DNA of 64,000 nucleotides from Zootoca vivipara (Eukaryota). A program made the translations under genes and the position numbers. Where the stretch lies: contig NC_083280.1 of NCBI RefSeq assembly GCF_963506605.1, forward strand, positions 70,680,001 through 70,744,000, written 5' to 3'. This document shows, piece by piece, positions 37,273-50,997 of this stretch (position 1 is its first letter; each line of letters opens with the position of its first letter). Below the pieces are notes generated by a model. That model worked only from the letters and a program-made list of their open reading frames with translations, ran no database searches and was not told the DNA's origin.

Positions 37273-40200
37273 GGGAAGGAAGGATGCCTCTTGCAAAAAA
37301 GCACCTGCCGCTAGGAATGTTAGGGAATTCTGTTGAAAATGGAAACAGGAGTGAAAATTGCCAAAGTTCACTTATTTGTCCCCTGTCCGATATGGAAATC
37401 AATCCAGTGAATGCATTCAGTATTTGCTGTTGTTGCTTTCAGACCACAAACAATCACATATTGGGTTGCTCCCAGAACTTGGAACGCCATCGCTAGAGAA
37501 GTTGGACTGGCTCCCTCCTTGTTGTCCTTCCACCACCAGCTGAAAACTTTCTTGTTCCAACACGCTTTGGGGAACTGACTGCTTTTAATGAAAGGGCTGG
37601 TGTGAATCTGTTTTTATTGCAATTATCTGATTGGTTTTAATAGATTTATACACACACACACACACACACACACACATTTCTATAAATGTTTATTTGTTTC
37701 TTAATGATTGTTTTTTCAATATGTTATTATCTATTATTGTTTTTATCTGTAAGCTGGGATATAAACAAAGTACTGTAGTATGGTAGTAGTAGTAGTAGTA
37801 ATAGTAATACATGGCAAAATGGAAAATTATTCTTTCTTACATCCCTATCAGCTACCCATGATATTTTATTAGCTTTCTATGAAGGGGGGGGGACTTTTAT
37901 TAAACATACCGTAATTTTACAAATTTAAAAAGGAAAAAAAGGCTCTACTTCCCTATTAAATGGGGGGGCATCTTTTTAACTCAGTCAACTAAAAGTTTCA
38001 GTGATAATTGTTTGTGGTGAAGTGGAGATGCAAAAGATAAGCACACCCATGAACAGTTTTTAAGGCGAGTGTGTGCTCATATTATTGCTGCTGAATTCTC
38101 GCATTTTAATATGTTGTGAAAATCTTGTCTTGGTTGCAAAAGGATGAAAGTAGCAGAAAACCAGAGAGAAGAGCCAGAAACCAACAAATAAAGTGGAAAT
38201 AATTTAATAACATATTAAATCCCTTTTGGATGGTTGGGATGAAAGATGAGAACCAAGATTAGAAAAGTTGAATGGCATGGTATTGGGCAAATCTGCCTCT
38301 CAAGTTGGGAGGTTCATTGTTTGAAATTATGTCACATGTAAACACACACACACACACCCATACACATGATATATATGAAATTGAACCCAGATCGTTCACT
38401 ACCTTCCCCACTGCCAACCTTTTCTATGCCAGCAATTTTGCTAATCCTAAATAATAAGGAAACATAGACCATTTGTTCAGGATCTCCTCTGCTGTTAAGT
38501 GGCAGTAGCAAGGAACTTGTTGTTAATGCACAAAGCTCCACAACCTTGTTATTCTCTGAGTGGTTCAGGTACACTTCCCAGCTATGTGCATGTGTCTGTC
38601 TGCACATGAGTCTAATGGCAAAAATAAATACGTTGAACTGGCTGGAGAATGGAGTTGGAGTTCAGTTAGATGAGGATTGGCAGAACAGTGCATTGCACCA
38701 TTGTGGTTCTGGTCCATTCTTTTGTCTTGGAGCCTGCTGGGCTGTAAAAAGAAGACGTGGCCCCAGGTGGTAGGATAATAACATCTTTAATTGTGCTCAG
38801 AGTGAAATTAGCTCCTTATCTGACAGCTTGACATCTTTATTGTTATTAATGTGCATATTGTACAGTGCTTTTATAAACTCTGTAGTGACAAATGCTTTTC
38901 CCTTTTGCTTTTATTAAAAATAGAAGAATTGGCTATGAAGAGTTCTGTATATCTTAGAAGTCTTCATTGTCCAACGTCAGTCAGCCTTGTGAAAGAACAC
39001 TACCTAACCTAGTTTGTATTTCTCAGGATTGAGGAAAGGAAAACACTGGCTTTGTAATGAAATATAGGTTGGCGATTATAAAAGCAAGATTATGGTTGGA
39101 ATATAGCCTGGTTAGACTTGGGACAAGATTTTAGACAACTGGTGTAACAAGAAACATCAAGGTGAGGGAGTTAGACAATGGGGTTGGGGTTTTTTTTTTT
39201 GTAGTGTTGATACAGAGGAACTCCTTTCCAGTTCCTTATTTTGATCCCTTTCCACCCTCCACTTACATTCCATTCATCTTTAATAATTTTAGAAGGAAAA
39301 TTATTTGACACGACAAGAGTCAATACCACTGAAGATCATGCATGAAAACACACAGATTCCAAACTAAGCAAGCCAAGCCGAGAGCGGCCAGAGTAGAATG
39401 CTCACCAAACTTAATGTCACGTTAGAAGTTGTGATAAGTTCAAAATTCTGGCCAAGTGGGATGCAGGATACAGTGATGGGTAAGAGACACCGTTTTGTGC
39501 AAGGGACTCCTAGAAGGCTATAATACAGGGTGATGAACCTGTGGCCCTTCCTGATGCTGTATGGTGACGATTCCCATCATCCTTGACCCTGTGCTTATTG
39601 CGCTGTGTTTTTATAAACAATATGCCCATGTGGACAGGAGCGGATGGGAGTTGGGGCTGTAGATTCCCCATCACTTCTGTAATAAAAATGAAGTAAAAGG
39701 CAAAGAGTAGAGAACTGTGAGGCTTGTAGGCTTCTCTCTCTTATTGCATTGTTTCTATCAGGTGTTACAAAACAAAACAAAGAAACTACCTACTCAAAAC
39801 TTTTAAGGTGAATTCTGTATTGTCGAAATAATTGCATGCAAGTTTTGCACATACCACTTGCACACTAGCGTCAAAGCATGTTTGCTGTATCAGTTTTACG
39901 ACTACAAAGAACTTGTGTCTCATTCAGCAACTTCCTTATATGCTTCTTAAAGAAGGTGGTGAGATGGGGTCAGGGAGTAACATCTGGAAGAATGGTCCTG
40001 TGACCAGGATTGGGATGCAAGTAGGGGGATGCTTGTACTTAATGTGCTTGTTATATTCATTCAGTACTAGTCTTTGGAACTGATATATGGAAATTAGATT
40101 TTCAGCGGAACTGTTTTGTGTGGGCCCTACTTTTAATACCTCTCCAATGGAGTCTTTGTGGGGAAGGTCCATTTTGCATGTCAATTATGGACAGAGAGAG

Positions 40201-40966
40201 GAGTTGAGGGTCATACAGTCTCCACCCCTTCCCAGATTACTGAATGGTTATGGTAGTGTGATGACAGTTTGCTGCATGCTGGAGCCCACGGCAAACTCAC
40301 ACTCCATGTGGTTAGAAAGCTATTCTTGTGTGAGTGATCAGATTCTGCAGTTCCTGAAAATTTCAGCAATTCTCCATGGCTATCTGGGGAGTATGGTATC
40401 TGAAGAACAGCCTAACCATTTTTTGTCTTTTTGCCAATGCCTTCATGAAAACCAATACAGTATTTTAACATTTCACTAAAGACGGCTAATGATAATGAGT
40501 GTCACAACTAATTTGCATTATGTATGTAACTCACAAAAATGGTATGACATATCATGGTGAGAGAACGAGAACTTCACACCTTCACAAAACCTTGTGGATA
40601 ACTTCTCAGTGCAGATGTTGAAACTTATTAGGAATGGAAAGAAAACAAAAAATATATTCAAGTGGCCTATTTTAAATTACTGGCACCCTTATTCCTTGTC
40701 TAGTTTATCACGCCTTATTTAATAGGATGTAGTAGAACTGGTGGGAATGCAAAAAGCCACAAAATGTACTAGTAGAGTTAGAGAACAGATTTCTGCCTAG
40801 GAAAGATCGACAAAAGGCATTCCATTTTAAAGAAGAGCTGGCCAAAAGGCTATGTAAGCAAGGCACATGAAATTAAGAAGGCATTGGGGGGTGGGGTGGG
40901 GGGTGGAATGACATGGGAATTTCTCTATCATGCTCTGTAATGTTAGGACTTCCATGCCAAATTAAA

Positions 40967-41511
40967 TGTCAAAAGAGTGATCCAGCAGTAAATCACATTG
41001 TTGAAAGTTGGAGTTAACTTTTTATTAGCAAAAACAAAATCTTCACTTGTCTGAGTGTCAGGCTTAATGAGCACAGCAGCTCATCTCCAGAAGGTCTTAC
41101 CCCATGCATCAGTTGCCGAGACTGAAAGTCCCCACCTCTCCAAAGCTGTGTTGCTGCCTCTTCAGGGATTTTTCCAAGCAGTCGGAGACTGCACCTGAAT
41201 GCAGGCAACCTCTCCTCTGCTCTTTTCATGCCTCTTCTGTGTGACTCATCTCTGCCTCTTGGCCCCCTTCCTCCCACTCTCTTGCTTCAGCTTCTGCCTC
41301 TGATTCTGGACTTCTATTTGTCACAGACTCTCCCAGCTCATTACACCCTGTTACCTCTTCAGCTTATGACACCTCCTTTCCCCAGTCTTCTCCTCCTTTT
41401 GACCATTCAACATTATCCCACCACCACTCCCTCAGATCTGAGCCTTCTTCTTTTGGTGGTTCCCCAGCTGGTTCCTCCCACCATACCTGTGCATCCAATC
41501 AGTCCATGACA
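40967..41511 (-). mobile_element. Solo LTR (545 bp, probably Gypsy-like)
   Basis: TGTCA...TGACA inverted termini; 5-bp TSD TTAAA (40962-40966 / 41512-41516); AATAAA on the minus strand near 41025. Confidence 0.78.
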
Positions 41512-44274
41512 TTAAATTTGCATTGTGAGTTTAAACATAATAGGAATATATGGAACTATCATTCAGGAAACTTTAGCTACAACTTACCCTGAGGTTCTTT
41601 TTTCATCTCAGATTTATTTCACATTTATATACATGGCAGTTCATGGCAGATAGGAATATCAGCAATTCATACTGGTAGATATTCAATACATCCAATACCT
41701 GTGTTTACTTACTGTGTGAGTTGGCCTCCAATTACAATGGTTTTGACTGCAGCCTCCTGCAAGGAATAGTTGACCATGTTTTGGAAGCAAGCCACGTAGA
41801 ATGCATGTATGGTCAGCCTGTGTCAGTGTGTGTATACAGAGTGGGGGAGAGAGAAAGAGAGGGGAATATGTTAAAAAGGTTGACCACTGTCTAAAGCCGC
41901 ATTTTAAAATATTTAAGAAAAAACCAATGTAGAGCATTTTCAATTATCCCAATTTTTGACTGGCCAAGAAGACAAAGAGGAATCAACAATGGCACACGCT
42001 AAGGCTACACAATTACAACAGACAGAAATGGCACCTACAAAGGAGACAGCAAATGCATGTTTTGCACCCCTTCCTCCCTGCCCTCATTACAAGAGGCCAA
42101 GCATAGCATCGTGACCTGTGCCATTACTTTGATGTTGCAACAGTAGAGCAGCATGGGTCACTGCTTCTCTGCTGATAACAGCTACCCTTGCCAGATGTGC
42201 AGTCCAACACTTAATAGAAATGGGAGTAGAACTGGGGGGTTGGTTTAGCTTTCTCACAGCACACTGTAGAGTTATTTCAACGGTCCATATAGACGATGGT
42301 ACAATCGCTAATCACAAAAAACTGGAGTGCAGAAAACTCTAAACAATGCTACCATGTTCTGAGTAATATACAGTTATTTTATTTTCTGTTCTTTTCTGCA
42401 TGGTAGCATATTGCTATGTTAAAATTTGCATGCATAAAAACTCTGGTTTTTGATGGAGGGGACCCACTGTGTTGAGAAGTTTCTGTGGGTGGTCTTGGAA
42501 ACATCCAGGAGAGAAAATGAGACAAATCATGCAAACAGAAAGCACAGCATATTATATGACAGCACATTCCCCCTTCTTCTCTTCCAAAAACATGCCTTTT
42601 GCTTTTAGGAGGGGGGGGGAGAGATGAGAAAGTTTCTCTATACTTATCACCCAGGAAAAGCGACCTTCAAGCATAGTCATTCTTGGGAAAAGTTCCCCCA
42701 TCCGTGACAGATTTGACTATAAATCTCCAGTATTAATGCCCAGGTACCCAAGGTCTGTCATCCTGCATGCCGGCTAAGCACACGAGTTGCTTGAAAACAA
42801 CGTACTAAGTCATCTGTCATATCTGAAACACATCTGATCCTGTTTTTGTTACTAGGTGATTTGAGAAAGGCTGGAAACTCAGCTCATTTGGGTACAAGCA
42901 TCTGTGCACAAGTATGCAAAATTGTAGGATCCAAACTAGACATGATTCAGGAAAACTACAAATACTTTTTTAAAAAATAAATAAGAATAGCAGATAAGCC
43001 TAGAGATGGGAAGGCCTGGAAAAAAAATCTCTGGGGGAAAATGCTGTATTTTCAAACATAGATGCTTTATTCCTCCCTGGTCCTTTTAGCTAACTGAGGC
43101 CGCTAAGTCAAAGCAGGTTACCCAAACCCAGGATTATGATTAATTTCCTGGGTTTGGATAGCACACTAAACCTAACCTTGGCATAGCTTGCCACGTTGAG
43201 CTAAAAGGACCAAGGAAGAGCAAAACAGCTGTGATCTCTTCCTTGGGAGCCAACATATTCACACAGTCCAGGAAAGCCATTGTTTGGCTTACCACGACTC
43301 TTGCAAACCAGGCCGGAGTCTCAGCAAATTTGATAACCTCTCCTGCCCTGTAGGTGTGTCACAACCCCCAACCCCAATGGTAAAGGCCCACTTCCTAAAA
43401 AATTGGGCTTTAAGAGGTCAGTACTGTTTCCAAATCACCTCTTTTTGTCCCTATATCACATTGTGTGTGAATCTGTCTCTGAGTACAGACCATAACACGG
43501 TACTTTAGTCCTCTTAAGACTCTTCTTCCCTTGTGACTTTGGGGGGGGGGCAATAAGTTGCTATAAATGGGGTTCTCTTTGTGAGGGTCACCATCAGTTC
43601 AGTGTTACATTTTGTGGCAGTCAGCAGCAGAGTTACCATAACTTCCCTGACTTTTGCACTGACGGAAGATTGCATTTTAACTAGAAAAATGCATTGTTAG
43701 AGCTGCAGCTTGAGCAATTTGTCAGAAAGCATGGGTGTGCATGCGTGTATGAATTGGAAGACATTTTCTACTGAGAATGGCAAGGGGAAGGCTGACTGCA
43801 AAACAGGCTCAGTGGAGGTGCCTCTTTATTTGTATAGGCATTAAATGGAGTTAGACTGTATTGCAGTTCTCGCTGCAAAGGAAATCCTTTCTTTATTCCA
43901 TTCTCCTTCACTGCTGGCTGATGGGGTTTATTATAACTTTTTAATAATGATGATGATAATCTATGTTGAAATTGAGAGAACCCAGGAGGTTACTTGGTCA
44001 CAAGTTTCATCTATTCTTGGTAGGGGGAAAGCCTGTGTGTGTGTGTGCTTCTTTTTGCAATACTCCGTTTTCACTTTCTTATTTTCGATGTCTGATTTAT
44101 GCTTCTGTATATTTCTGTGATTTGCGGTAATTGTTAACGTGATGACTTGCTTGCAAATAAAGTTGATGCCACAGGACAGCTGTCATGGATTGATCTTTTA
44201 AGTGATTACATTACCCTGATGGCAACACTGATCAGGTGGCATATCACTTGATAATTGCACTTTTCAGTCTATCA

Positions 44275-44430
44275 GGAGTCAGTATAATGTAGTGGATGAG
44301 GTGTTGTAATTTAATTGGGGAGGCCTGAAACTCTAGATTCAGCTTTTAAACTCACTGGGTGACTTGATCCTGTCACGTCACTATTTATTGGCTAAACTGC
44401 TTTTGCAGGATGGTTGTGTGGATAAAATTG
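44275..44430 (+). mobile_element. Old CORE-type (MIR/Squam3-like) SINE
   Basis: tgtagtggat...actcactgggtgacttg...caggatggttgtgtggataaaat, degenerate. Confidence 0.6.
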
Positions 44431-44476
<46 letters not shown>

Positions 44477-44633
44477 GAATATTGTGTGTGCTGTCATTAG
44501 TGTATGGCTAAAAAACATTTCATGCTTTTTGAAAAAAATACCCAGTGAGTTGGGCTTTGGGAATGGTTGGCTAATGAGTTGACTATATTCAAGACAGGTG
44601 ATAGGAATAAAATAAGGAGTCTAGACCGAAGTA

Positions 44634-44890
44634 CAGTCGTACCTCGTTTTGTGGCCGAGATCCATTCCGGAGCCCCAGCCACTAGCCGAAAAGGACACAG
44701 GGCAAAGCGCTGCATCTGTGCACGCACGCGGAGCAGTTTGCGCTTCTACGCATGTGAAGTGTAATTTTGCGCTTCTGTGCATGCGTAAGCGGCAAACCTG
44801 GAAGTAACCCGTTCCGGTACTTCCAGGTTTGCCGCAGACATTCGCCAGAATGGACCCTAGACAAGGCGGATGTTCGCGGAGGTATTACTG
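44634..44890. mobile_element. Tigger/pogo-like MITE (257 bp), related to 9324-9575
   Basis: TA|CAGTCGTACCTC...GAGGTATTACTG|TA; internal hairpin and gcgcatgcg-type repeats. Confidence 0.8.
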
Positions 44891-45536
44891 TAGGTAAAGT
44901 TGATAGGTTACATTAAAATATTTGGTCCTGAATTAACAGTCTGAAATCTGTAGGTTATTTTCTCTACACAGGCCTATCAAGTTTCTATGGCATCTGCCCA
45001 AAACACTTTTGTTAAGAGGCAGTGCCTATAGAAGTTGGAAGGTGCTAGTTTTGAGTGACCTATTTTCATTGTGAGTGCCAAGTTTTTCAGTATTAGAAGT
45101 GTGCCCTTAAGAAGCAGCTAACTTCATAGAAAAAATTACGGTATGTTTATAGCAAACTGTGAATTAGGTGTAACAGCTGTTTGCCATACCTGTTAGTAAT
45201 AATTTCACAACAACAGGTGCTAAACAGAGTGGAGTTGAAACAGAGATGCTTTTTGCAAACATTCCTGCAGAACGTTGCAGTTTCAAATTTGTCTTCTCAT
45301 GCCTTTGGATACCTGATGACATTACGAAGCACAAACAAAATTTATTCAGTATAGTGGCATGCCCTTATTCTGAAGTAGCTTCGTTTGCACTCAGTTAGGT
45401 TTTCAGGTAGCCTAATCTGGGTATGTGGTAACATTGTTCCTAGTCAGAACAAGGCCTATTTGAAAATTTAAAGAAAAGTCATAACTGTGAACTGGCAGAG
45501 AGGATATAAGGGGAGTAGGGCTGGAGATGTTAGGCC

Positions 45537-45719
45537 CAGGCCCGGCTCTAGGGGTAGGCTGGGTCGCGCGGGGTACCAGGGTGGTGGGCCGGCAGGTGGG
45601 CGGCGCACTGTGCGCAGTGCCCGCCCACCTGCCGCGGCAAAAAATGGGGCGGGGCGGGGGCGCTGGAGCAATCTCCGCACCACGGCGCCAGGGCGCCCGA
45701 CATTTTTGTGACAGCCCTG
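45537..45719. mobile_element. GC-rich hAT (Tip100-like) MITE, 183 bp
   Basis: CAGGCCCGGC...ACAGCCCTG; perfect TSD GTTAGGCC; internal hairpin 45591-45633. Confidence 0.85.
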
Positions 45720-48366
45720 GTTAGGCCTCCTGTAAGCATGATTTCTATTCTTAAAATTTTAACCTGTAACTGTGCTCTGCACCATTAGGTTGGGGGTGCT
45801 GCTGTGAATATGGACCAGGGACTGTTAAATGCTTTTGTGAGGTATTTCCAGAGGGTTTGGCAGTGTTAATCTGTTGTAGCAAAACCTATGAAGTGTCCTA
45901 TGGAACCTTAATAGAATAACAAGCTGATTGAGACACAGACACTTGTGGACTTTAGTTTCACTTTAGTCAGTGGTTGGTCACCTACGTGGGTAGGTGTGTA
46001 TATTTTGACGACAAAGGTGAGATGAAAATGGCATTTTACAACACTTATAAACAAAATATCTTTCATTAAAAAAACACCCGTCTTTCTGTACCTAAGCACT
46101 TCATGAATCTAACCAAGTGAGTTCTGGCCTATGGAAGATTATGCCATAATGAGTTGTTGGTATTTTAAAGTGGGAAGCTACAAAGGAAGCTACTTGCATT
46201 TAACTTTCTCTTGATTGCTTTTAATTTACTTCACTTCAGGTAACATAATTTTATTCACTTCAAGGCTTTTACCTAAGATTAAGCAAAGCATTTCACCAAT
46301 TTAGGGATTTAAGGTGGGTGGGTTAATTTTTGTTTGCAATTTAATGAGAAACTACCTAATTCACACTTCTTGACACCATATTAGAGATTATTATAGTTAA
46401 GTGGTATATATATTGTTTAATTAAACACATTTTTAAAAAATGAGAACCCAAACACAACCATGCATTGAAATATATCTGAATTTTGCAATGCACCTCTCCA
46501 GCCAATATTAACAAAAATGCACTTATTAGGGGAAAGTATACATAAAAATGATTATATTATTGAGAATCTCATACTAAAATGCATTATATTAGAGAAAACC
46601 ACTTGCAAAAATATGTACATAAGTCAAAACTGCACAGAAAAATAGTTATTAGGAGAAATTTACACTAAAATGCTGATGAATTTTTGCGAGAATTTTATAT
46701 AAATAATATAGATATATTGCAGATTGTTGCAGGAATATTGCTTCTGTTTGCTCCTTCCGAGTAGTGTGCTTTGGATGTAGGTATGCAAACTCCAAAGGAG
46801 TTAAGCAAAAATATTTCACTTGCACTTTGTGAATGTTGGACGAGGTGAAGAAGAGGATGAAATAAACTAGAAAGCTAAGAAGTGTTAATGGTCAACAGAG
46901 TTGTAGCCTATTTCATTTTTTCCCACTGTGAGGAGAGCTGCAGGAACATTGCTAATAAATGATCAAAATTTTAGTCAAATGGTTTTGTTCAGTCACATTC
47001 CAAAAAAGACCAATTTTTCAATATAAATGGGAGGAAGGGCTGTATAGGGGCAGGATTACATTTAATCAGTGGTAAAATATGTTTGAATGCTAAAAAAAAT
47101 GTGGTATCTCAGTGGCCATGTGGAAAAGACATGGAGTGAACTATAAAGGAGGAAAAACTATGTGTTACAAAAAAAAACTGATAGCATGGAAAACACATAA
47201 AAGATGCAAAAGCAGTAAAGAAATCTCAAACAGCCTCCCCCTCTTCAAATATACTAATTTTCATAACACTTCGATATGTATCATACTGCACATTTCTCTC
47301 TCAGATATATCAACCTACCGTGTAGACTGCTCTGCTAAGGTCTTGATGTCTGTGGCAGTCATGAGAGAGAAGGCAGACCTTGTTCTCTCTTTTTTTCCTA
47401 TTCAAAGGCTTGTGTTTTCATTCTGCTGTGGAAACTGTATCAGAAGGCAATGAGAATTATGTGATACGGGTCAAGAGCTCAGATATGAAGTTGTTGTAAG
47501 TTACAATACTTAAGTTTCAGTCAGAGAACCAGAACCGTAGTCCAGCCCTCTGGAAGGATTTATCGATTCACTTGTGAAATCACTGGTCCAGCACAATCCA
47601 TCCATTTCCTCAATTTTATTTTGTGTGTGTGTGTGTGTCTGTTGTTAAACAACCTGAGCTAGTTTAAACTCCTGTAACTGAACTGCCCCATTACTCACAT
47701 GTGAGAGAACAATAGAACACCAGGACGCTCTTAAATGTCTCCACACGTTGGTGTCATTAATAACTGTAATGCTGGCATCACTCGCTCCTAAATAGCCTCA
47801 TTTATCAACAAGCAATTTACCATGGAGTGGTGGCAGAGACGCAGATAAGCAGTTGTGGATGAGGTACCTGCATGCCACCTGCCAAGTTCTCTTCGCCACC
47901 TCCTCTACAAGGCTGGAGAAGTTGAGAGATTGAGAGAAGCTGGTGCAGGGAAGGGACAGAACTCATCTTGAAACGTGACTTCCATGCTGAACACTTAGGT
48001 ATCATGGCAGCTGCCAAAAGTGTTGCTTCTCTGAACAAGGCCACTGCTAACATACAATTTATAGACTAAGGCTCCTTTAAAAGTGTATTTCTTGGTGTGT
48101 GTGCTGCTGCTGCTGCTGCTTCTGCAGTTGCTGCCATGCTGGTTATTGTAAGAGAATATGGGTTTGCTGTTGTGAATTGGTTAGTTAGCAGGCAGGCAGG
48201 CAAGCAATGCAGCTACTACCAAAGAGCCAAAACGTGCCTTTGTGATAGCTGATCACAGTAACAGGAATGTGGTGGACGAGGGACTTTTCATTCCCTTACC
48301 GTTGTGAGTGGAATCACTGGGGCTTCAATAAGTATTCTAGTAAGTGCATGGTGGTCTTCAATATTA

Positions 48367-48663
48367 CAGTGGTACCTCGACTTACGAACGACTCGACAAC
48401 CAAATTTTTCGACTTACGAGTGGGGCAAATAGCCGCACGCTTACAAATTTCTCGACATCCGAACAGAAACTGCGGTGGTTTTAGATAGGGTTTTTTTCGA
48501 CTTACGAATTTTTAGATGGGGTTGCTTTGACTTATGAATTTTTCCGTTTCCAATGCATTCCTATGGGAAATCACGTTTCCAATGGCGCTTTTTGACTTAT
48601 GAATTTTTCGACCTACGAAGGTGCCTTCGGAACGGATTAAATCCGTAAGTCGAGGCACCACTG
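48367..48663. mobile_element. Tigger/pogo-like MITE (297 bp)
   Basis: TA|CAGTGGTACCTCGACTTACG...CGTAAGTCGAGGCACCACTG|TA; repeated internal tttcgacttacga motif. Confidence 0.9.
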
Positions 48664-49105
48664 TATTCATAAATTCCTGGAATGGGTGCCCATTCCTATC
48701 ATATGTTTAGAAAGTAGCTCAGATATTTCACAACAGTTCAGAACACATGTACATTAAGAAAATGAAAAAGGGGAACAACATGGAACCCCATGCCTTAAGA
48801 GTGAAAAATATTATTTGGTCTTATTTGTTCTCGTGTTTTTAGAAATCCAAACTTGAACCACCAGCAGCTGATGTGACTTTCTCTGTGTCTGCTATATGGT
48901 GGAAAAGTCAAGTAGGTTCGAAATCTTTGATTGATCCAAATAAGCCTAAGTGTGTTTCTAACTCACCAGATGTAGTTCTTCATAGGTCATTGTTCAGTAG
49001 CATAAAAATACTGCGTCCTGTTGCATAATGTTCTTTTCTTAGAGACTCCTGAGTCAAAGCTTGTCATAAAAAATTGTTTATTTTAGTTCAGACTAATAAA
49101 TTTAC

Positions 49106-49324
49106 AGCCAATGTGGTGTAGTGGTTAAGAGCGGTAGAATCGTAATCTGGGGAACCGGGTTTGTGTCTCCGCTCCTCCACATGCAGCTGCTGGGTGACCT
49201 TGGGCTAGTCACACTTCTTTGAAGTCTCTCAGCCCCACCCACCTCACAGGGTGTCTGTTGTGGGGGAGGAGGGGAAAGGATATTGTTAGCCGCTTTGAGA
49301 CTCCTTCGGGTAGTGATAAAGCGG
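49106..49324 (+). mobile_element. Squam3-like SINE (3' end runs into a gap)
   Basis: tggtgtagtggttaagagcgg A box, gctgggtgaccttgggctagtcac CORE-like region, ccgctttgagactccttcggg tail. Confidence 0.82.
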
Positions 49325-49455
49325 NNNNNNNNNNNNNNNNNNNNNNNNNNNNNNNNNNNNNNNNNNNNNNNNNNNNNNNNNNNNNNNNNNNNNNNNNNNN
49401 NNNNNNNNNNNNNNNNNNNNNNNNNNNNNNNNNNNNNNNNNNNNNNNNNNNNNNN
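49325..49455. other. Assembly gap (N run)
   Basis: Run of N. Confidence 1.
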
Positions 49456-50685
49456 TTGTTTTCAGCTGAGGCTCCATAGACCCTATTTTTGTTGGGGCAT
49501 GTTGCCTCCATAATTTAGTACTGAAAATTAATTTGGGGTGCTTCGTGTGCTGCACTTATGGAAACTTCAGGCTTGAGGAATTTCTGCCATTTGTTATGTT
49601 AGTCGTACACTCAATTTAACTTCATTGGTAGATGCTAAAATGAATCTACATTATCCTTGTTTGAAGCCCTGTTGTGCTCTGTGGAGAAGTGATGGGTCTG
49701 GGTTTACATTATCACTTCTCATTTTCAAACTGATTTTTTTTTTTTAAAAAAAAAGGACTACTTATTTAGAAATTGGAAAACATGGGCAGGGGGAATTAAT
49801 TGAGAGTTACCACCATTCATATCAAACAAATCTGAGGTGAGATACCTATAGGAATTGTGAGGGGATTTTAAAAGTAAAATAATGACATTTTCCAGATGGG
49901 TTCTGTGCATCATTAGTGATGGCAGTGAACATGACAAGGCAAATTAGAAGTTTCCTCCTAAGGTGAAACATCTGTAGGAATTTGAGGAAAATCAAAACAA
50001 TTTCAGCAAGATTGGTTATTTTTCTTCTTCTAAACACTACTGTTCAGACAGAGCGAATAAAGTGTTATACTCATAGTATCTCTTGCCAGTGAAATTGTTC
50101 CAGTGCTAGAGAAAGGGAAGGGCAATATTCTCCCTCAAAATTATGGTATTTTCCACTTGTTCTTCATTCTTTAATATAGGATTCTGGAGGGAGGGATTTA
50201 TTTGAAAAAGCAGTTCTTTCTTTTTCGTCTTTGAAGCTACTTTGTGTAAACATTAGCTCTGACAATGGACTATTGATTTTGATGTGAAACTGCCAATTCG
50301 TTTAGATACCTAGAAGAATTGGGATACCAGTTAGCAGTTCAGTTCCTTCAACTAGCAAATGAGGACAGTGCTTAATTGATGAAGCACAGCATTGATTATT
50401 AACTTTATCTTCTTGTGGGAATGGTTGGCAATCGGAAACCTCTTCCTCAAAATCATTAATATGCTTGAAATGGGAAGTGATGCAGGGCTTTATCTGAGCC
50501 AACACCCATCTGAGATAATCTCCCAAACCCATTTTGAATGATAAAGTGCACTCTTAGGTTCTTGAGTGAAGACCTTAATATATTTTGGCTTCTATCTCTG
50601 GTTAACATATTATCATAGCAGAATAACAACAAGTGGACCTGCAACAAAACTCTCTCTTCCTAGCTGGGGTTCCTTTCTTCTAGTA

Positions 50686-50997
50686 CAGGGATGTCCAACT
50701 GGTTGATCATAATTCACAGGTAGAGCCCCAGATGAAAAAAAACACATTGGGGTGATAGTCTCTCCCCCCCCCCCCGCCCTCGCTCTGCCTCTCCATTGGG
50801 TCTAATGGGCTTTCGATTATCATTTGTGTGCAGCGACATCTCCTTCCTCCTAAAGAAAGCTCAACAACTTTTTGCCTCCCCCCCAAAAAAGCTCAACAAC
50901 TCTGGCGTTTTCCCCATTCGAATGACAATGGGTAGATCACTGCCAGTTATTTTATACTGGGAGTAGATCACAGTCTCTTGGGGGCTGGACGTTCCTG
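50686..50997. mobile_element. Non-autonomous hAT (312 bp)
   Basis: CAGGGATGTCCAAC...GCTGGACGTTCCTG; perfect TSD TTCTAGTA. Confidence 0.87.

Noticed and set aside
45537-45719. CpG-island promoter (also 4385-4620, 9324-9575, 18480-19074, 55519-55803)
   Set aside because: Each GC/CpG-rich patch lies within a transposon bounded by TSDs or Helitron ends.
46430-46740. AT-rich repeat-like tract (also 16700-17215 and 29620-29818)
   Set aside because: They look like old transposon debris, but I could not define termini, a TSD or a family.
48367-48663. CRISPR-like repeated motif (tttcgacttacga)
   Set aside because: Irregularly spaced internal repeats of a Tigger-like MITE in a eukaryotic intron; no spacers or cas genes.
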